From NCBI RefSeq assembly GCF_009914755.1, contig NC_060937.1: a DNA stretch of 64,000 nucleotides; one strand, 5' to 3'. This stretch comes from the human T2T-CHM13v2.0 reference genome, Homo sapiens. Below, piece by piece: positions 13,501 through 27,400 of this stretch. The notes under the pieces were generated by a model that had not been told where the DNA came from, did no database searches, and saw only the letters and a list, made by a program, of their open reading frames with translations. A program made the translations under genes and the position numbers. The stretch's first letter is position 1. Each line of letters begins with the position of its first letter.

Positions 13501-14946
13501 CTGAGAAACTTCTTTGTGATATGAGCATTCAAGTCACGTAGTTGAACAATTCTTTTGACAGAGGAGTTTTCAAACTTTCATTTTGTAGTATATGCAATTG
13601 GATATTTGGAGCACTTTGAGGCCTATTGAGGAAAAGGAAATAACTTTAAATAAAAACTACACAGAATCATTCTGATAAACTTCTTTGTGCTGTGTATATT
13701 CATCTCACAGGGTTGAAACTTTATTTTGATTGAGCAGATTTGAAACACTGGCTTTGTAGTATCTGCAAGTGGATATTTGGAGTGATTTGAGGTCTATGGT
13801 GTAAAAGGAAATATCTTCACATAAAAACTACACAGAAGCGTTCTGAGAAACTTCTTTGTGATGTGTGCATTCAACTCACAGAGTTGAACTTATCTTTGGA
13901 TTGAGCAGTTTTGAAACTTTCCTTTGTAGAATCTGCAAGTGGATATTTGGAGCCCGTTTTGGCTTGTGGTGTAAAAGGAAATATCTTCACATAAAAACTA
14001 CACAGAAGCATTCTGAAAAATCTTCTTTGTGACGTGTGAATTCATCTCACAGTGTTGACCCTGTATTTTGATTGAGCAGTTTTAAATCACTATTTTTGTA
14101 GAATCTGCAAGTGGATATTTGAAGCCGTTTGAGTCCTGTGTTGGACAAGGAAATATCTTCATATAAAAACTACACAGAAGCATTCTGAGAAACTTCCTTG
14201 TGATGTGTGCATTCATCTCACGGAGTTGAACTTTTCTTTTGATTCAGCTGTTTTGAAACACTTTTTTGGAGGATCTGCGAGTGGACATTTGCAGCGATTT
14301 GAAGCCTATTTTGGAAAAGGAAATATCTTCACATGAAACCTACACAGAAGCATTCTGAAAAACTTTTTTGTGATGTGTGCATTCATCTCACAGTGTTGAA
14401 CCTTTCTTTTGATTGAGTACTTTTGGAACACTCTTTTTGCAGTTTCTGCAAGTGGAGATTTGGAGCGCTTTGAGGCCTATGGTGGACAAGAAAATATATT
14501 CACATAAAATCTACACAGAAGCATTCTGAGAAACTTCTTTGCGAAGTGTGCATTCATCTTACAGAGTTTAACCTTTCTTTTGATTGAGAAATTTTGAAAC
14601 ACTCTTTTTGTAAAATCTGAAAGTGAATATTTGGATTGCTTTAAGTCCTATGGTGGAAAAGGAAATATCTTCACATAAAAACTACACAGAAGCATTCTGA
14701 GAAACTTCTTTGTAACATTTTCGTTCAACTCATTGTGGTGAAGATTTCTTTTAATTCAGCAGTTTTGAAACACACTTTTTGTAGAATCTGCAAGTGAATA
14801 TTTGGAGTGCTTTGAGGCCTATTGTGGAAAAGGAAATATCTTCATATAAAAACTACACAGAAGCACTCTGAGAAACTTGTCTGTGATGAGTGCACTCAGC
14901 TCACAGAGTTGAAGGTATCTTTTGATTGAACAGTTTTGAAACTCTC
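1587..14946 (+). repeat. Divergent monomeric alpha satellite, ~171-bp monomers (AAAACTACACAGAAGCATTCTGAGAAAC type)
   Basis: CATTCTGAGAAACTTCTTTGTGATGTGTGCATTCA and GGTGGAAAAGGAAATATCTTCACATAAAAAC recur every ~171 bp with visibly divergent monomers. No CENP-B box was seen. Confidence 0.98.
9320..10342 (+). repeat. Three near-identical tandem copies of a 341-bp alpha-satellite dimer
   Basis: AGAATCTGCAAGTGGATATTTGGAGGGCTTTGAGGTCTACTTTGG starts at 9320, 9661 and 10002 (period 341). Confidence 0.95.
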
Positions 14947-15472
14947 TTATTTTTTTTTATTTTTTCTCCAGTTTTTTGTTTTGTTTATTATACTTTAAGT
15001 TTTAGAGTACATGGGCACAATATGTAGGTTAGTTACATATGTATACATGGGCCATGCTGGTGTGCTGCACCCATTAATTCATCATTTAGCATTAAGTATA
15101 TCTCCTAATGCTATTCCTGCACCTTCTGCCCACAACACAACAGTCCCCAGAGTGTGATATTCCCCTTGCTGTGTCCATGTTTTCTCATTGTTCAATTCCC
15201 ACCTATGAGTGAGAAAATGGGGTTTTTGTTTTTTTGTCCTTGCGATAGTTTACTGAGAATGATGATTTCCAATTTCATCCATGTTCCTACAAAGGACATG
15301 AACTGATCAGTTTTTATGGCTGCATAGTATTCCATGGTGTATATGTGAAACATTTTCTTAATCCAGTCTACCACTGTTGGACATTTGGATTGCTTCCAAG
15401 TCTTTGCTACTGTGAATAGTGCCGCAATAAATATATGTCTGCATGTGTCTTTATAGCAGCATGATTTATAAT
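14947..15472 (-). mobile_element. 5'-truncated L1 (L1PA3-like), ~525 bp
   Basis: A degenerate poly(T) at ~14947-14990 is followed by TTATTATACTTTAAGTTTTAG. The minus-strand ORF 15192..15488 encodes the ORF2 C-terminus ([10 protein letters not shown]...SLIGGN). The alpha monomer resumes in register (ACTCTCTT | TTTTGTAGAATC). Confidence 0.96.
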
Positions 15473-18400
15473 TTTGTAGAATCTGCAAGTGGATATTTGG
15501 AGCCCTTTGCAGCCTACGGTGGAAAAGGAAACATCTTCACACAAAAACTATACAGAAGCATTCTGAGAAACTTCTTTGTGATGTGTGCATTCATCTAACA
15601 GAGTTGAACCTTTGCTTTGATAGAGCAGTTTTGAAAAACTCTTTTTGTAGAAGCTGCAAGTGGATATTTGGAGTGCTTTGAGGCCTATTGTGGAAAAGGA
15701 AATATCTTCACATAAAAACTACACAGAAACATTCTGAGAAACTTATTTCAGATGTGTGCATTCCTCTCACAGAGTTGAACCATTCTTTTAATTGAGCAGT
15801 TTTGAAACCATCTTTTTGTAGAATCTGCAAGTGGATACTTGGAATGCTTTGAGGCCTATAGTGGCAAAGGAAATATCTTCACATAGAAACTACACAGTAG
15901 AATTCTGTGAAACTTCTTTGTGATGTGTGCATTCAACTCACAGATTAGAAACTTTCTTTTGATTGACCAGTTTGGAAACATTCTTTTTGTGGAAACTGCA
16001 AGTGGATATGTGGAGCCTTTTGCGGCCTAAGGTGGAAAAGGAAATATCTTCACATAAAAACTACACAGAAGCATTCTGACAAACTATCTTGTCATGTGTG
16101 CATTCATCTGACAGAGTTGAAACTTTCTTTTGATTGAGCAGTTTTGCAAAACTCTTTTGTAGAATCTTCAAGTGGATCTTTGGAGAGCTTTGAGACCTAT
16201 TGTGGAAAAGAAAATATCTTCACATAAAACTACACAGAAAGAGTCTGAGATACTTTTTGCAAAGTGTACATTCATTTCACCTTTCTTTTGATTGTGCAGT
16301 TTGGAAATACACTTTTAGTGCAATCTGCAAGCGGATATTTGCAGTGCTATGAGGCATATTGAGGAAAAGGAAATATCTTCCCATAAAAAAAATACCCAAA
16401 AGCATTCTGAGAAACTTATTTGTGATGTGTGCATTCACCTCACGGAGTTGACCCTATCTTTCGATAAGCAGTTTTGAAACTCTTTTTTTGGAATCTGCAG
16501 GTGGATATTTGGAGCGCTTTGAGGTCTATGGTATAAAAGGAAATATCTTCACATAAAAACCACACAGAAGCATTCAAAGAAACTTCTTTGTGATGTGTGC
16601 ATTCAACTCACAGATTTGAACATATCTTTTTATTGAGGAGCTTTGAAAATCTCTTTCTGTAGAATCTGCAAGTGGATATTTAGAGCCCCTTGCTGCCTGT
16701 AGTGGAAAAAGAAATATCTTCACATAAAAACTACACGGAAGCATTCTGACAAAACCTCTTGGTGATGTGTGCATTCATCTCACAGAGTTCAACATTTCTT
16801 TTGATTGACCTGTTTAGAGACACAATTTATGTAGAACCTGCAAGTGGATATTTGGAGCCTTTTGAGTCCTGTGTTGGAAAAGGAAATATCTTCACAGAAA
16901 AACTACACAGAAGCATTCTGAGAAAGTTCTGTGTGATTGTGCATTCATCTCACGGAGTTGAACCTTTCTTTTGATTGAGCAGTTTTGAAACACTCTTTTT
17001 TGTAGGAGCTGCAAGTGGATATTTGGAGTGCTTTGAGACCTATCATGGAAAAGGAAATATATTCACATGAAAACAACACAGAAACATTCTGACAGACTTC
17101 TTTGCGATGTGTGCTTTCATCTCACAGAGTTGAACTTTTCTTTTTATTGAGCAGTTTTCAAAAACTGTTTTTGTAGTATCTCTAATTGGACATTGGGAGC
17201 GCATTGAGGACTATGGTGGAAAAGGATACATCTTCACATAAAATCTACACAGAAGCATTCTGAGAAATTTCTTTCTGATGTGTGCATTCAAATCACAGAT
17301 TTGAATCTATCTTTTGATTGCACTGTTTTCAAACTCTCTTTTTGTAGAATCTGCAAGTGGATATTTGGAGCCATTTGTGGCCTCTGGTGGAAAAGGAAAT
17401 ATCTTCACATAAAAACTACACAGAAACATTCTGAGAAACTTCATTTTCATGTGTGCATTCATCTCAGAGAGTTGAACTTTTCTTTTCACCAAGCAGCTTT
17501 GAAACAGTCTTTTTGTAGAATCTGCAAGCGGATATTTGGAGCCCCTTGAGGCCTACTGTGGAAAAGAAAATATCTTCACATAAAAACAACACAGATGCAT
17601 TCTGAGAAACTTCTTTGCAATGTGTGCATTCATCTCACAGAGATCAACTTTCTTTTGGTTGAGCAATTTTGAAACACACTTTTTGTAGAATCTGCAAGTA
17701 GATACTTGGAGTATGTTGAAAAGGAAATATGGTGGAAAAGGAAATATCTTCACATAAAGCTACACAGAAGCATTCTGAGAAACTTCTTTGTGACATGGTC
17801 GTTCAACACACTGTGGTGAACATTTCTTTTGATTGAGCAGTTTTGAAACCCACTATTTGTAGAATCTGCAAGTGGATATTTTTAGTGCTTAGAGACCTAT
17901 TGTGGAAAAGGAAATGTCTTCACATAAAAACTACACAGAAGCATTCTGAGAAACTTCTTTGTGATTTGTGCATTCATCTCACAGACTTGTAAATTTCATT
18001 GAGCAGTTTGGAAACACTCTTTTAGTAAAATCTACAAGTGGATACTTGGAGTGCTTTGAGGCCTATTGTAGAAATGGAAATATCTTCACATAAAAACTAC
18101 ACAGAAGCATTCTGAGAAACTTCTTTGAGATGTGTGCATTGAACTCAGAGTTGTACCTATCTTTTGATAGAAGAGTTTTTAAACTTTATGTAGAATCTGC
18201 AAGTGAATATTTGGAGCACTTTGTGGCCTATGGTGTAAAAGGAAATACCTTCACATAAAAACTACACAGAAGCTTTCTGAGAAACTTCTTTGTGATGTGT
18301 GCATTCGTCTCAAAGAGACGAACCTTTAATTCGATTGAGCAGTTTTGAAACACTCTTTTTGTAGAATCTGCAAGTGAATATTTGGAACGCTTTGGAGAGA

Positions 18401-21400
18401 ATGGTGGAAATGGAAATATCTTCATATAAAAACTATGGAGAAGCATTCTGAGAAACGTCTTTGTGATGTGTGCATCCAACTCACAGAGTTGAACCTTTCT
18501 TTTGATTGAGCAGTTTTGAATCCCTCTTTTTGTAGAATCTGCAAGTGGATATTTGGAGTGTTTTGGGGCCTATGGTAAAAAGGAAATATCTGCACATTAA
18601 AACTATACAAAAGCACTCTGAGAAACTTCTATGTGATGTGTGCATACAATTCACAGTGTTGAATATTTCTTTTGATTGTGCAGTTTTGAAACACTCTTTT
18701 TGTAGAATCTGCAAGTAGATATTCGGAGGGCTTCACAGAGTATAGTGGAAAAGGAAATAACTTTGCATAAAAGCTACACAGAAGCATTCTGATAAATTTC
18801 TTTCTGATGTGTGCATTCAACTCACAGAATTGAACCTTTCTTTTGATTGAGCAGTTTTGAAACACTATTTTTGTAAAATCTGCAAGTGTATATTTGGTGC
18901 AATTTGCATCCAATGGTGGAAAAGCAAATATCTTCACATAAAAACTAGACAGAAGCATTCTGAGAATCTTCTTTGTGACGTGTGCATTCACCTCACAGAG
19001 TTGTAACTTTTTTTATTGAGGACTTTTGACACACTCTTTTTGTAGAATCTACAAGTGGGTGTTTGGAGCACTTTGTGGCCTATAGTGGAAAAGGATGTAT
19101 ATTCACATAAAAACTAGACAGAAGCATTCTGAAAAACATCTTTGTGATGTGTGCATTCATCTCAAAGAGTTCAACCTTTCTTTTGATTGAGCACTTTTGA
19201 AATACTTTTTGGAGAATCTGTAAGTGGATATTTGGAGGGCTTTGGGTCCTATGGTGGTAAAGGAAACATCTTCACATAAAAACTACACAGAAGCATTCTG
19301 AAATACCTCTTTGTGATGCTTGCATTCATCTCACATAGTTGAACCATTCTTTTTATTGAGCAGTTTTGAAACAATCTCCTTGTAGAATGTGCAAGTGGAT
19401 ATTTGGAATGCTTTGATGAGTATGGTGGAAAATGAAAAATCTTCACATAAAAACTAGACAGAATTACTCTGAGAAACTTCTTTGTGATGTGCACATTCAT
19501 CTCACAAATTTGAAAATTTCTTTTGATTGAGCAGTTTTGAAACGCTCTTTTTCTAGAATCTGCCAGTGGTTATTTGGAGTGCTTTGAGTCCTATGGTGGA
19601 GAAGGAAATATCCTCACATAAAAACTAGAGAGAAGCATTCTCAGAAACTTCTTTGTGATGTGTGCATACATCTCACAGAGTTGAAACTTTCTATTGATTT
19701 AGCATTTTTTATACACTTTTTGAAGGATCTGCAGTTGTTATTTGGAGCCCTTTGGGGCCAATGGTGGAAAAGTATTATCTTCTCATAAAAACTAGACAGA
19801 AGCATTTTGAGAAACTTCTCTGTGATGTGTTCATTCATCTCACAGATTTGAACCATTCTTTTGATTCAGCAGTTTTGAAACACTCTTCGTAGAATCTGCA
19901 AGTGCATATTTAGATCGCTTTGAGAAGTGTGGTGGAAAAGGAAATATCTTCACATAAACACTAGACAGAAGCATTCTGAGAAACGTCTTTGTGATGTGTC
20001 CATTCATTTCACAGAGTTGAAACTTTCTTTTCATTGAGCAGTTTTGAAACACTCTTTTTATAGAATCTGCAAGTGGATATTTGGAGCGCTTTGGAGGAAT
20101 TGTGGAAATGGAAATATCTTCATATAAAAACTACGGACAAGCATTCTGAGAAACGGCATTGTTATGTGAGCCTTCAGCTCACAGAGTTGAACCTTTCTTT
20201 TGATTGAGCAGTTTTGAATCCCTCTTTTTGTATAATCTGCAAGTGGATATTTGGAGAGCTTTAGGGCCTATGGTGGAAAAGGAAATATCTTCACATAAAA
20301 ACTACACAAAAGCATTCTGAGAAACTTCTTTCTGATGTGTGCATACAACTCCCAGAGTTGAATCTTTCTTTTGATTGTGCAATTTTGAAACACTTCTTTT
20401 GTAGAATCTGCAAGTGGATATTCGGAGGGCTTTGCCGAGTATAGTGGAAAAGGAAATAACTTTGGATAAAAGGTAGACAGAAGCATTCTGAGAAACTTCT
20501 TTGTGATGTGTACATTCAACGTACAGAGTTGAACCTTTCTTTAGATTGGGCAGTTTTCAAACACTATTTTTGTAATATCTGCAAGTGGATATTTGGTGAC
20601 CATTGCAGCCTATGGTGGAAAGGCAAATATCTTCACATAAAAACTATACAGAGGCATTCTGAGAATCTTCTTTGTGATGTGTGCATTCTTCTCACACAGT
20701 TCAACTTTTCTTTTGATTCAGCAGTTTGGAAACAGTATTTTTCTACAATCTGCAAAGGGATACTTCTTAGCCGATTTAGGCCTATGGTGAATTAGGAAAT
20801 ATCTTCACATAAAAAATAAACAGAAGCTTTCTGAGAAACTTCTTTGGGATGTGTGTTTTCATCTCACAGAGATGAAACTTTCTTTTGATTGAGCAGTTTC
20901 GAAACTCTCTTTTTGTAGGATCTGCAAATGGATATTTGGAGCGCTTTGAGGCCTGTGGTGAAAAAGGAAATATCTTCACATAACAACCAGACAGAAGCAT
21001 TCTGGAAACATTTTTGTGATGTGTGCATTCATCTCACAGAGTTGAACCTTTCTTTTGATTGAGCAGTTTGGAAACAGTCTTTTATAGTATCTGCAGAGAG
21101 ATATTTGTGAGCATTTTGAGGACTTTTGTGAGAAAGGAAATATCTTCATATAAAACCTAGTCAGAAGATTCTGAGAAACTTCTTTGTGATGTGTGCATTC
21201 AACTGATAGAGTTGAAACTTTGTTTTGATTGAGCAGTTTGTAAACAGTCCTTTTGTAGGATCTGCAAAGGGATAGTTCTGGGCCCATTGAGACCTATGGT
21301 GAAAGAAGAAATATCTTCACTTAAAAACTAGACAGAAGCATTCTGAGAAACTTCTTAGTGATGTGTGCTTTCATCTCACAGGTTTGAACTTTCTTTTGAT

Positions 21401-24400
21401 TGAGCAGTTTGGAAACAGTGTTTTTGTAGAATCTGCAAAGGATATTTTGAGCACTTTGACGCCTATGGTGAAAAAGGACATATCTTCACATGAAATCTAA
21501 ACAGAAGCTTTCTGAGAAACTTCTTTTTTATGAGTTCATACATCTCACAGAGGTGAAACTTTCTTTTCATTGAGCAGTTTGGAAACAGTCTTTTTGTACA
21601 GTCTGCAAACAAAATTTCTGCGAAGTTGGAGGCCTATCGTGAAAAAGAAATATCTTCAGATAAAATGTAGACAGAAGTATTCTGAGAAAATTTTTTGTGA
21701 TGTATCTATTCATCTCACAGATTTGAATTTTTCTTTTGATGGAGCAGTCTGGAAACAGTCTTTTTGTAGTATCTGCAGAGGGATGTGTGAAAGCAGTTTA
21801 AGGCCTGTGGTGAAAAAGGAAATATCTTCACATAAAAACTAGGTAGAAGCATTCTAAGAAACTTCTTTGTATTGTTTGCATTCATCTCAAAGACTTGAAC
21901 CTGTCTTTGGACTGAGCAGTTTGGAAACTGTCGTTTTGTAGAATCTGTGAAGGGATATTTCTGAGCCCATTGAGGCCTATGGATGAAATAGGAAATATCT
22001 TCACATAAAAACAAGACAGAGGATTTCTGAGAAACTTCTTTGTGATATGTGGTTTCATCTCACAGAGTTGAACCATTCTTTTGGTTGAGCAGTTAGGAAA
22101 CAGTATTTTTGTGGGATCTGCAAAGGGATATTTCTGTTCCCATTGACGCCTATGGTGAAAAAGGACATATCTTCACATAAAAACTAGACAGAAGCTTTCT
22201 GATAAACTTCTTAGTGATGTGTGCTTTCATGTCACAGATTTGAAACTTTCTTTTGATTGAGCAGTTTGGAAACAGTCTTTTTGTAGAATCTGCAAATGGA
22301 TATTTGGAGTGCTTTGAGGCCTATGGTGAAAAAGGAAATACCTTCACATGAAATATAAACAGAAGCTTTCTGAGAAACTTCTTTTTGATGCGTGCATACA
22401 TCTCACAGAGTTGAAAGTTTCTTTTTATTGAGCAGTTTGGAAACAGTCTTTTTGTACAATCTGGAATGGGATATTTCTGAGAAGTTGGAGGCCTATATCG
22501 AAAAAGAAATATCTTCACATAAAAACTAGACAGAAGTATTCTGAGAAACTTCTTTGAGATGTATCCTTTCATCTCACAGAGTTGAACCTTACTTTTGATG
22601 GAGCAGTTTGGAGACAGTCTTTTTGTAGTATCTGCGGAGGGATATCTGAGAGCAGTTTAAGGCCTGTGGTGAAAAAGGAAATATCTTCACATAAAAACTA
22701 GGCAGAAGCATTCTGAGAAACTTCTTTGTGATGTATGCATTCAACTCAAAGAGGTGAAACTTTCTTTGGATTGAGCAGTTTGGAAATAGTCCTTTTGCAG
22801 AATCTGCAAAGGGATATTTCTCAGTCTATTGAGGCCTATGGTGAAATAGGAAATAACTTCTCATAAAAACCAGGCAGAAGGTTTCTGAGAAACTTCTTTG
22901 AGATATGTGCTTTCATCTCACAGAGCTGAACCTTTCTTTTGGTTCAGAAGTTTGGAAACAGTCTTTGTGTAGAATCTGCAAAGCGCTATTTTTGAGCACC
23001 TTCTGGACTGTGGTGAAACAGAAAATATCTTCACATAAAAACTAGACAGAAGCTTTCTGAGAAACTTCTTTATGATGTGTTCTTTCATCTCACAGAGTTG
23101 TAACTTTCCTTTGATTGAGCAGTTTGGAAACACTCTTTATGGGGAATCTGCAAGTGGATATTTGGAGTCCTTTGTGGCCTATAGTGGAAAACGAAATATC
23201 TTCACATAAAAACTAGACAGAATCATTCTGAGAAACTTCTTTGTGATGTGCACATTCATCACAAAGAGTTGAACATTTCTTTCGATTCAGCAGTTTGGAA
23301 ACAGTCCTTTCGTAGAATCTGTGAAGGGATATTTCTCAGCCCATTGACGCCTATGGATGAAATAGGAAACATTCTCACATAAAAACTAGACAGAAAATTT
23401 CTGAGAAACTTCCTTATGATATGTGGTTTCATCTCACAGAGTTGAACCATTCTTTTGGTTGAGCAGTTTGGAAACACATTTTTTGTAGAATCTGCAAGTG
23501 GATATTTGGAGCACATTGAGGCCTATGGTGGAAAACGGAATATTTTCACATAAAAATTAGACAGAAGCATTCTGAGAAACTACTTTGTGATGTGTGCATT
23601 CAACCCACAGAGTTCAACCTTTCTTTTGATTCAGCAGTTTTGAAACACTCTTTTTGTAAAATCTGACAGTGGATTTTTGGAGCGCTTTGAGGCCTACAGT
23701 GGAAAAGGAAATATCTTCACATAAATAGTACACAGAAGCATTCTGAGAAACTTCTTTGTGATGTGTGCATTTAACTCAAAGAGTGCAGTCCTTCTTTAGA
23801 TTGAGCAGTTTTGAAAGACTCCTTTTGTAGAATCTGCAAGTGGATGTTTGGAGCGCTATGTGGCCTTAAGTGGAAAAGGCAATATCTTCACATAAAAACT
23901 AGACAACAGCATTCTGAGAAACTTCTTTGTGATGTGTGCATTCATCTCACAGAGTTGAAGCTTTCTTTTGATTGAGCAGTTTTGAAACACTCTTTTTGTA
24001 GAATCTCCAATTGGATACTTGGAGCGTTTTGAGGCTTATGGTAGAAAAGTAAATATTTTCACGTGAAAACTACACAGAAGCATTCTGAGAAATTGGTTTG
24101 TGATGTGTGCATTCAACACACAGAGTTGAACCTTTCTTTTGATTGAGTAGTTTTGAAACACACTTTTTTTTAGGATCTGCAAGTGGATATTTGGAGTGCT
24201 TTGTGGCCTAATGAGGAAAAGGATATATTTTCACATAAAAACTACGGAGAAGCATTCTGAGAAACTTCTTTGTGATGTGTGCATTCATCTCACAGAGTTC
24301 AACCTTTCTTTTGATTGAGCAGTTTTCAACCACTCTTTTTGTAGAGTGTGCAAGTGGATATTTGGAGCACTTTGAGGCTTATGGTGGGAAAGGAAATATC

Positions 24401-27400
24401 TTCACATAAAAACTACAGCGAAGCATTCTGACAAAGTTCTTTGTGTTGTGTGTGTTCAACTCACAGAGTTGAGTCTTTCTTTTGATTGAGCAGTTTTGAA
24501 ACACACTTTTTTTAGAATCTGCAAGTGGATATTTCGAGTGCTTTGCAGCCTCTGTTGGAAAAGGAAATATCTTCACATAAACTAGACAGAAGCAATCTGA
24601 GAAACTTCTTTGTGATGTGTGCATTCATCTCACAGAGTTGAAACTTTCTTTTGATTGTGAAGTTTTCAAACACTCTTTTTGTAGAATCTGCAAGTGGATA
24701 TTTGGAGGTCTTTGTGACCTACAGGGGAAAAAGAAATATCTTCACATAAAAACTAGACAGAAGCATTCTGAGAAACATCTTTGTGATATGTGCATTCATC
24801 TCACAGAGTTGAAATTTTCTTTTTATTGACCAGTTTTGAAACGCTCTTTTTGTACAGTCTGCAAGTGCATAATCATAGTGCTTTGAGGCCTATGGTGGAA
24901 AATGAAATATTTTCACAATAAAATTAGACAGAAGCGTTCTGTGATACTTCTTTGTGATATGTGCATTCATCTCACAGAGTTGAACCATTCTTTTGATTGA
25001 GTAGTTTTGAAATACTCTTTTTGTAGAATCTGCAAGTGGATATTAGGAGCACTTTGTGGCCTATGGCGGAAAAGGAAATATCTTCACATAAAAACTAAAG
25101 AGAAGCATTCTTAGCTACTTTGTTTTGTGTGCATTCATCTCACAGAGTTAAACCATTCTTTTGATAGAGCAGTTTTGAATGTCTCTTTTTGTAGAATCTG
25201 CAAATGGATATTGGGAGCGCTTTGAGGCCTATGGTGGAAAAGGAAATATCTTCACATAAAAACTACAGAGAAGCATTCTGAGAAACTTCTTTGTGATGTG
25301 TGCATTCAATTCACAGTGTTCAACCTTTCTTTTGATTGAGCAGTTTTGAAACACTCTTTTTGTAAAATCTGCCAGTGGATATTTGGAGCGCTTTGAGGCC
25401 TATACTGGAAAAGGAAATATCTTCACATAAAGAGTAGACAGAAGCATTCTGAGAAACTTCTTTGTGACTTGTGCATTCACCTCACAGAATGGAACCTTTC
25501 TTTTGATAGAGCAGTTTTGAAGGACTCCTTTTGTGGAACCTGCAATTGGATATTTGGAGTGCTATGTGACCTTAAGTGGAAAAGGCAATATCTTCACATA
25601 AAAACTAGACAGAAGCATTCTGAGACATTTCTTTGTGATGTGTGCATTCATCTCTCAGAGTTGAAGCTTTCTTTTGATTGAGAAGTTTTGAAACACTCTT
25701 TTTGTATAATCTGCAAGTGGATATTTGGAGCACTTTGCGTTCTATAGTGGAAAAGGAAATATCTTCACATACATATTTGTCAGAAGCATTCTGAGAAACT
25801 TCTTCTTCATGTGTGCATTCATCTAACAGAGTTGAATCTTTCTTTAGATTGAGCAGTTTTGAAACACTCTTTTTGTAGTATCTGCAAAGGGATACCTGGA
25901 GAGGTTTGAGGTCTATGGTGTAAAAGGAAATATCTTCACCTAAAAACTAGAGAGAAGCATTCTGAAAAACTTCTTTGTGGTGTGTGCATTCATATCACTG
26001 TCTTGATCCATTCTTTTGACTGAACAGTTTTGAAACACTCTTTGTGTAGAATCTGCAAGTGGATATTTGGAGCCCTTTGGGGCCTATTGTGGAAAAGGAA
26101 ATGTCTTCAAATAAAGACTAGACAGAAGCATACTGAGAAACTTCTTTGTGATGTGTGCCTTCATCTCACTGAGCTGAAACTTTCTTTTGATTGAGCAGTT
26201 TTGAAACACTGTTTTTATAGAGTGTGCTAGTGGATATTTGGAGCGCTCTGATGCTTATGGTGGAAAAGCAAACATCTTCACATAAAAACTACAGAGAAGC
26301 ATTCTGACAAATTTCTTTGTGCTGTGTGCGTTCAACTCACAGAGTTGAAACTTTCTTTGATTGAGCAGTTCTGAAACACTCTTTCTGTAGAATCTGCAAG
26401 TGAATATTTGGAGCACTGTATGGCCTCTGGTGGAAAAGGAAATATCTTCACATAAAATCTAGACAGAAGCATTCTGAGAAATTTCTTCATGATGCATGCT
26501 TTCATCTCACAGAGTTGAACCTTTCTTTTGATTGAGCAGTTTTGAAACACTCTTTTTGTAGAGTCTGCAAGTGGATATGTGGATCACTTTGAGGCCATGA
26601 TAGAAAAGGAAATATCTTCACATAAGAACTAGACAGAATCATTCTAAGATACTTCTTTGTGATGTGTACATTCAACTCACAGAGTTGAACATTTCTTTTG
26701 ATTGAGCAGTTTTGAAACACTCTTTTTGTAGAATCAGCAGTTGGATATTTAGAGCGCTTTGAGGCCTATGGTGGAAAAAGAAATATCTTCACATAAAAAC
26801 TAGACAGAAGCATTCTGAGAAACTTTTTTGTGATGTGTGCATTCAACTCACCAAGTTGAACATGTCTTTTTATTGAGCAGTTTGGATACATTCTTTTCGT
26901 ACCATCTTCAAATTTGTATTTGGACAGCTTTGAGGCCTAAAGTGGAAAAGGAAATATCTGCACATAAAAACTAGACAGAAGCATTTGGAAAAACTTCTTT
27001 GTGATGCGTGCATTCATCTCACAGAGTTGAACCATTCTTTTCATTGAGCAGTTTTGAAGCACTCTTTGTAGAATCTGCAAGTGGATATTTCGATCTCTTT
27101 GAGGCATACAGTGGAAAAGAATATATCTTCCCTTAAAAACTAGCCAGAAGCATTCTGAGAAAGTTCTTTGTGATGCGTGTATTCAACTCACAGAGTTCAA
27201 CCTTTATTCTGATTGGGCAGTTTTGAAACACACTTTTTGTAGAATCTGCAATTGGATATTTGGATCGCTTTGCAGCCTCTTGTGGAAAAGGAAATATCTT
27301 CATATAAAAACTACAGGGAATCATTTTGAGAAACTTCTTTGTGATGTGTGCTTTCAGCTCGCAGAGTTGAAACTTTCTTTTGATTGTGAAGTTTTGAAAC

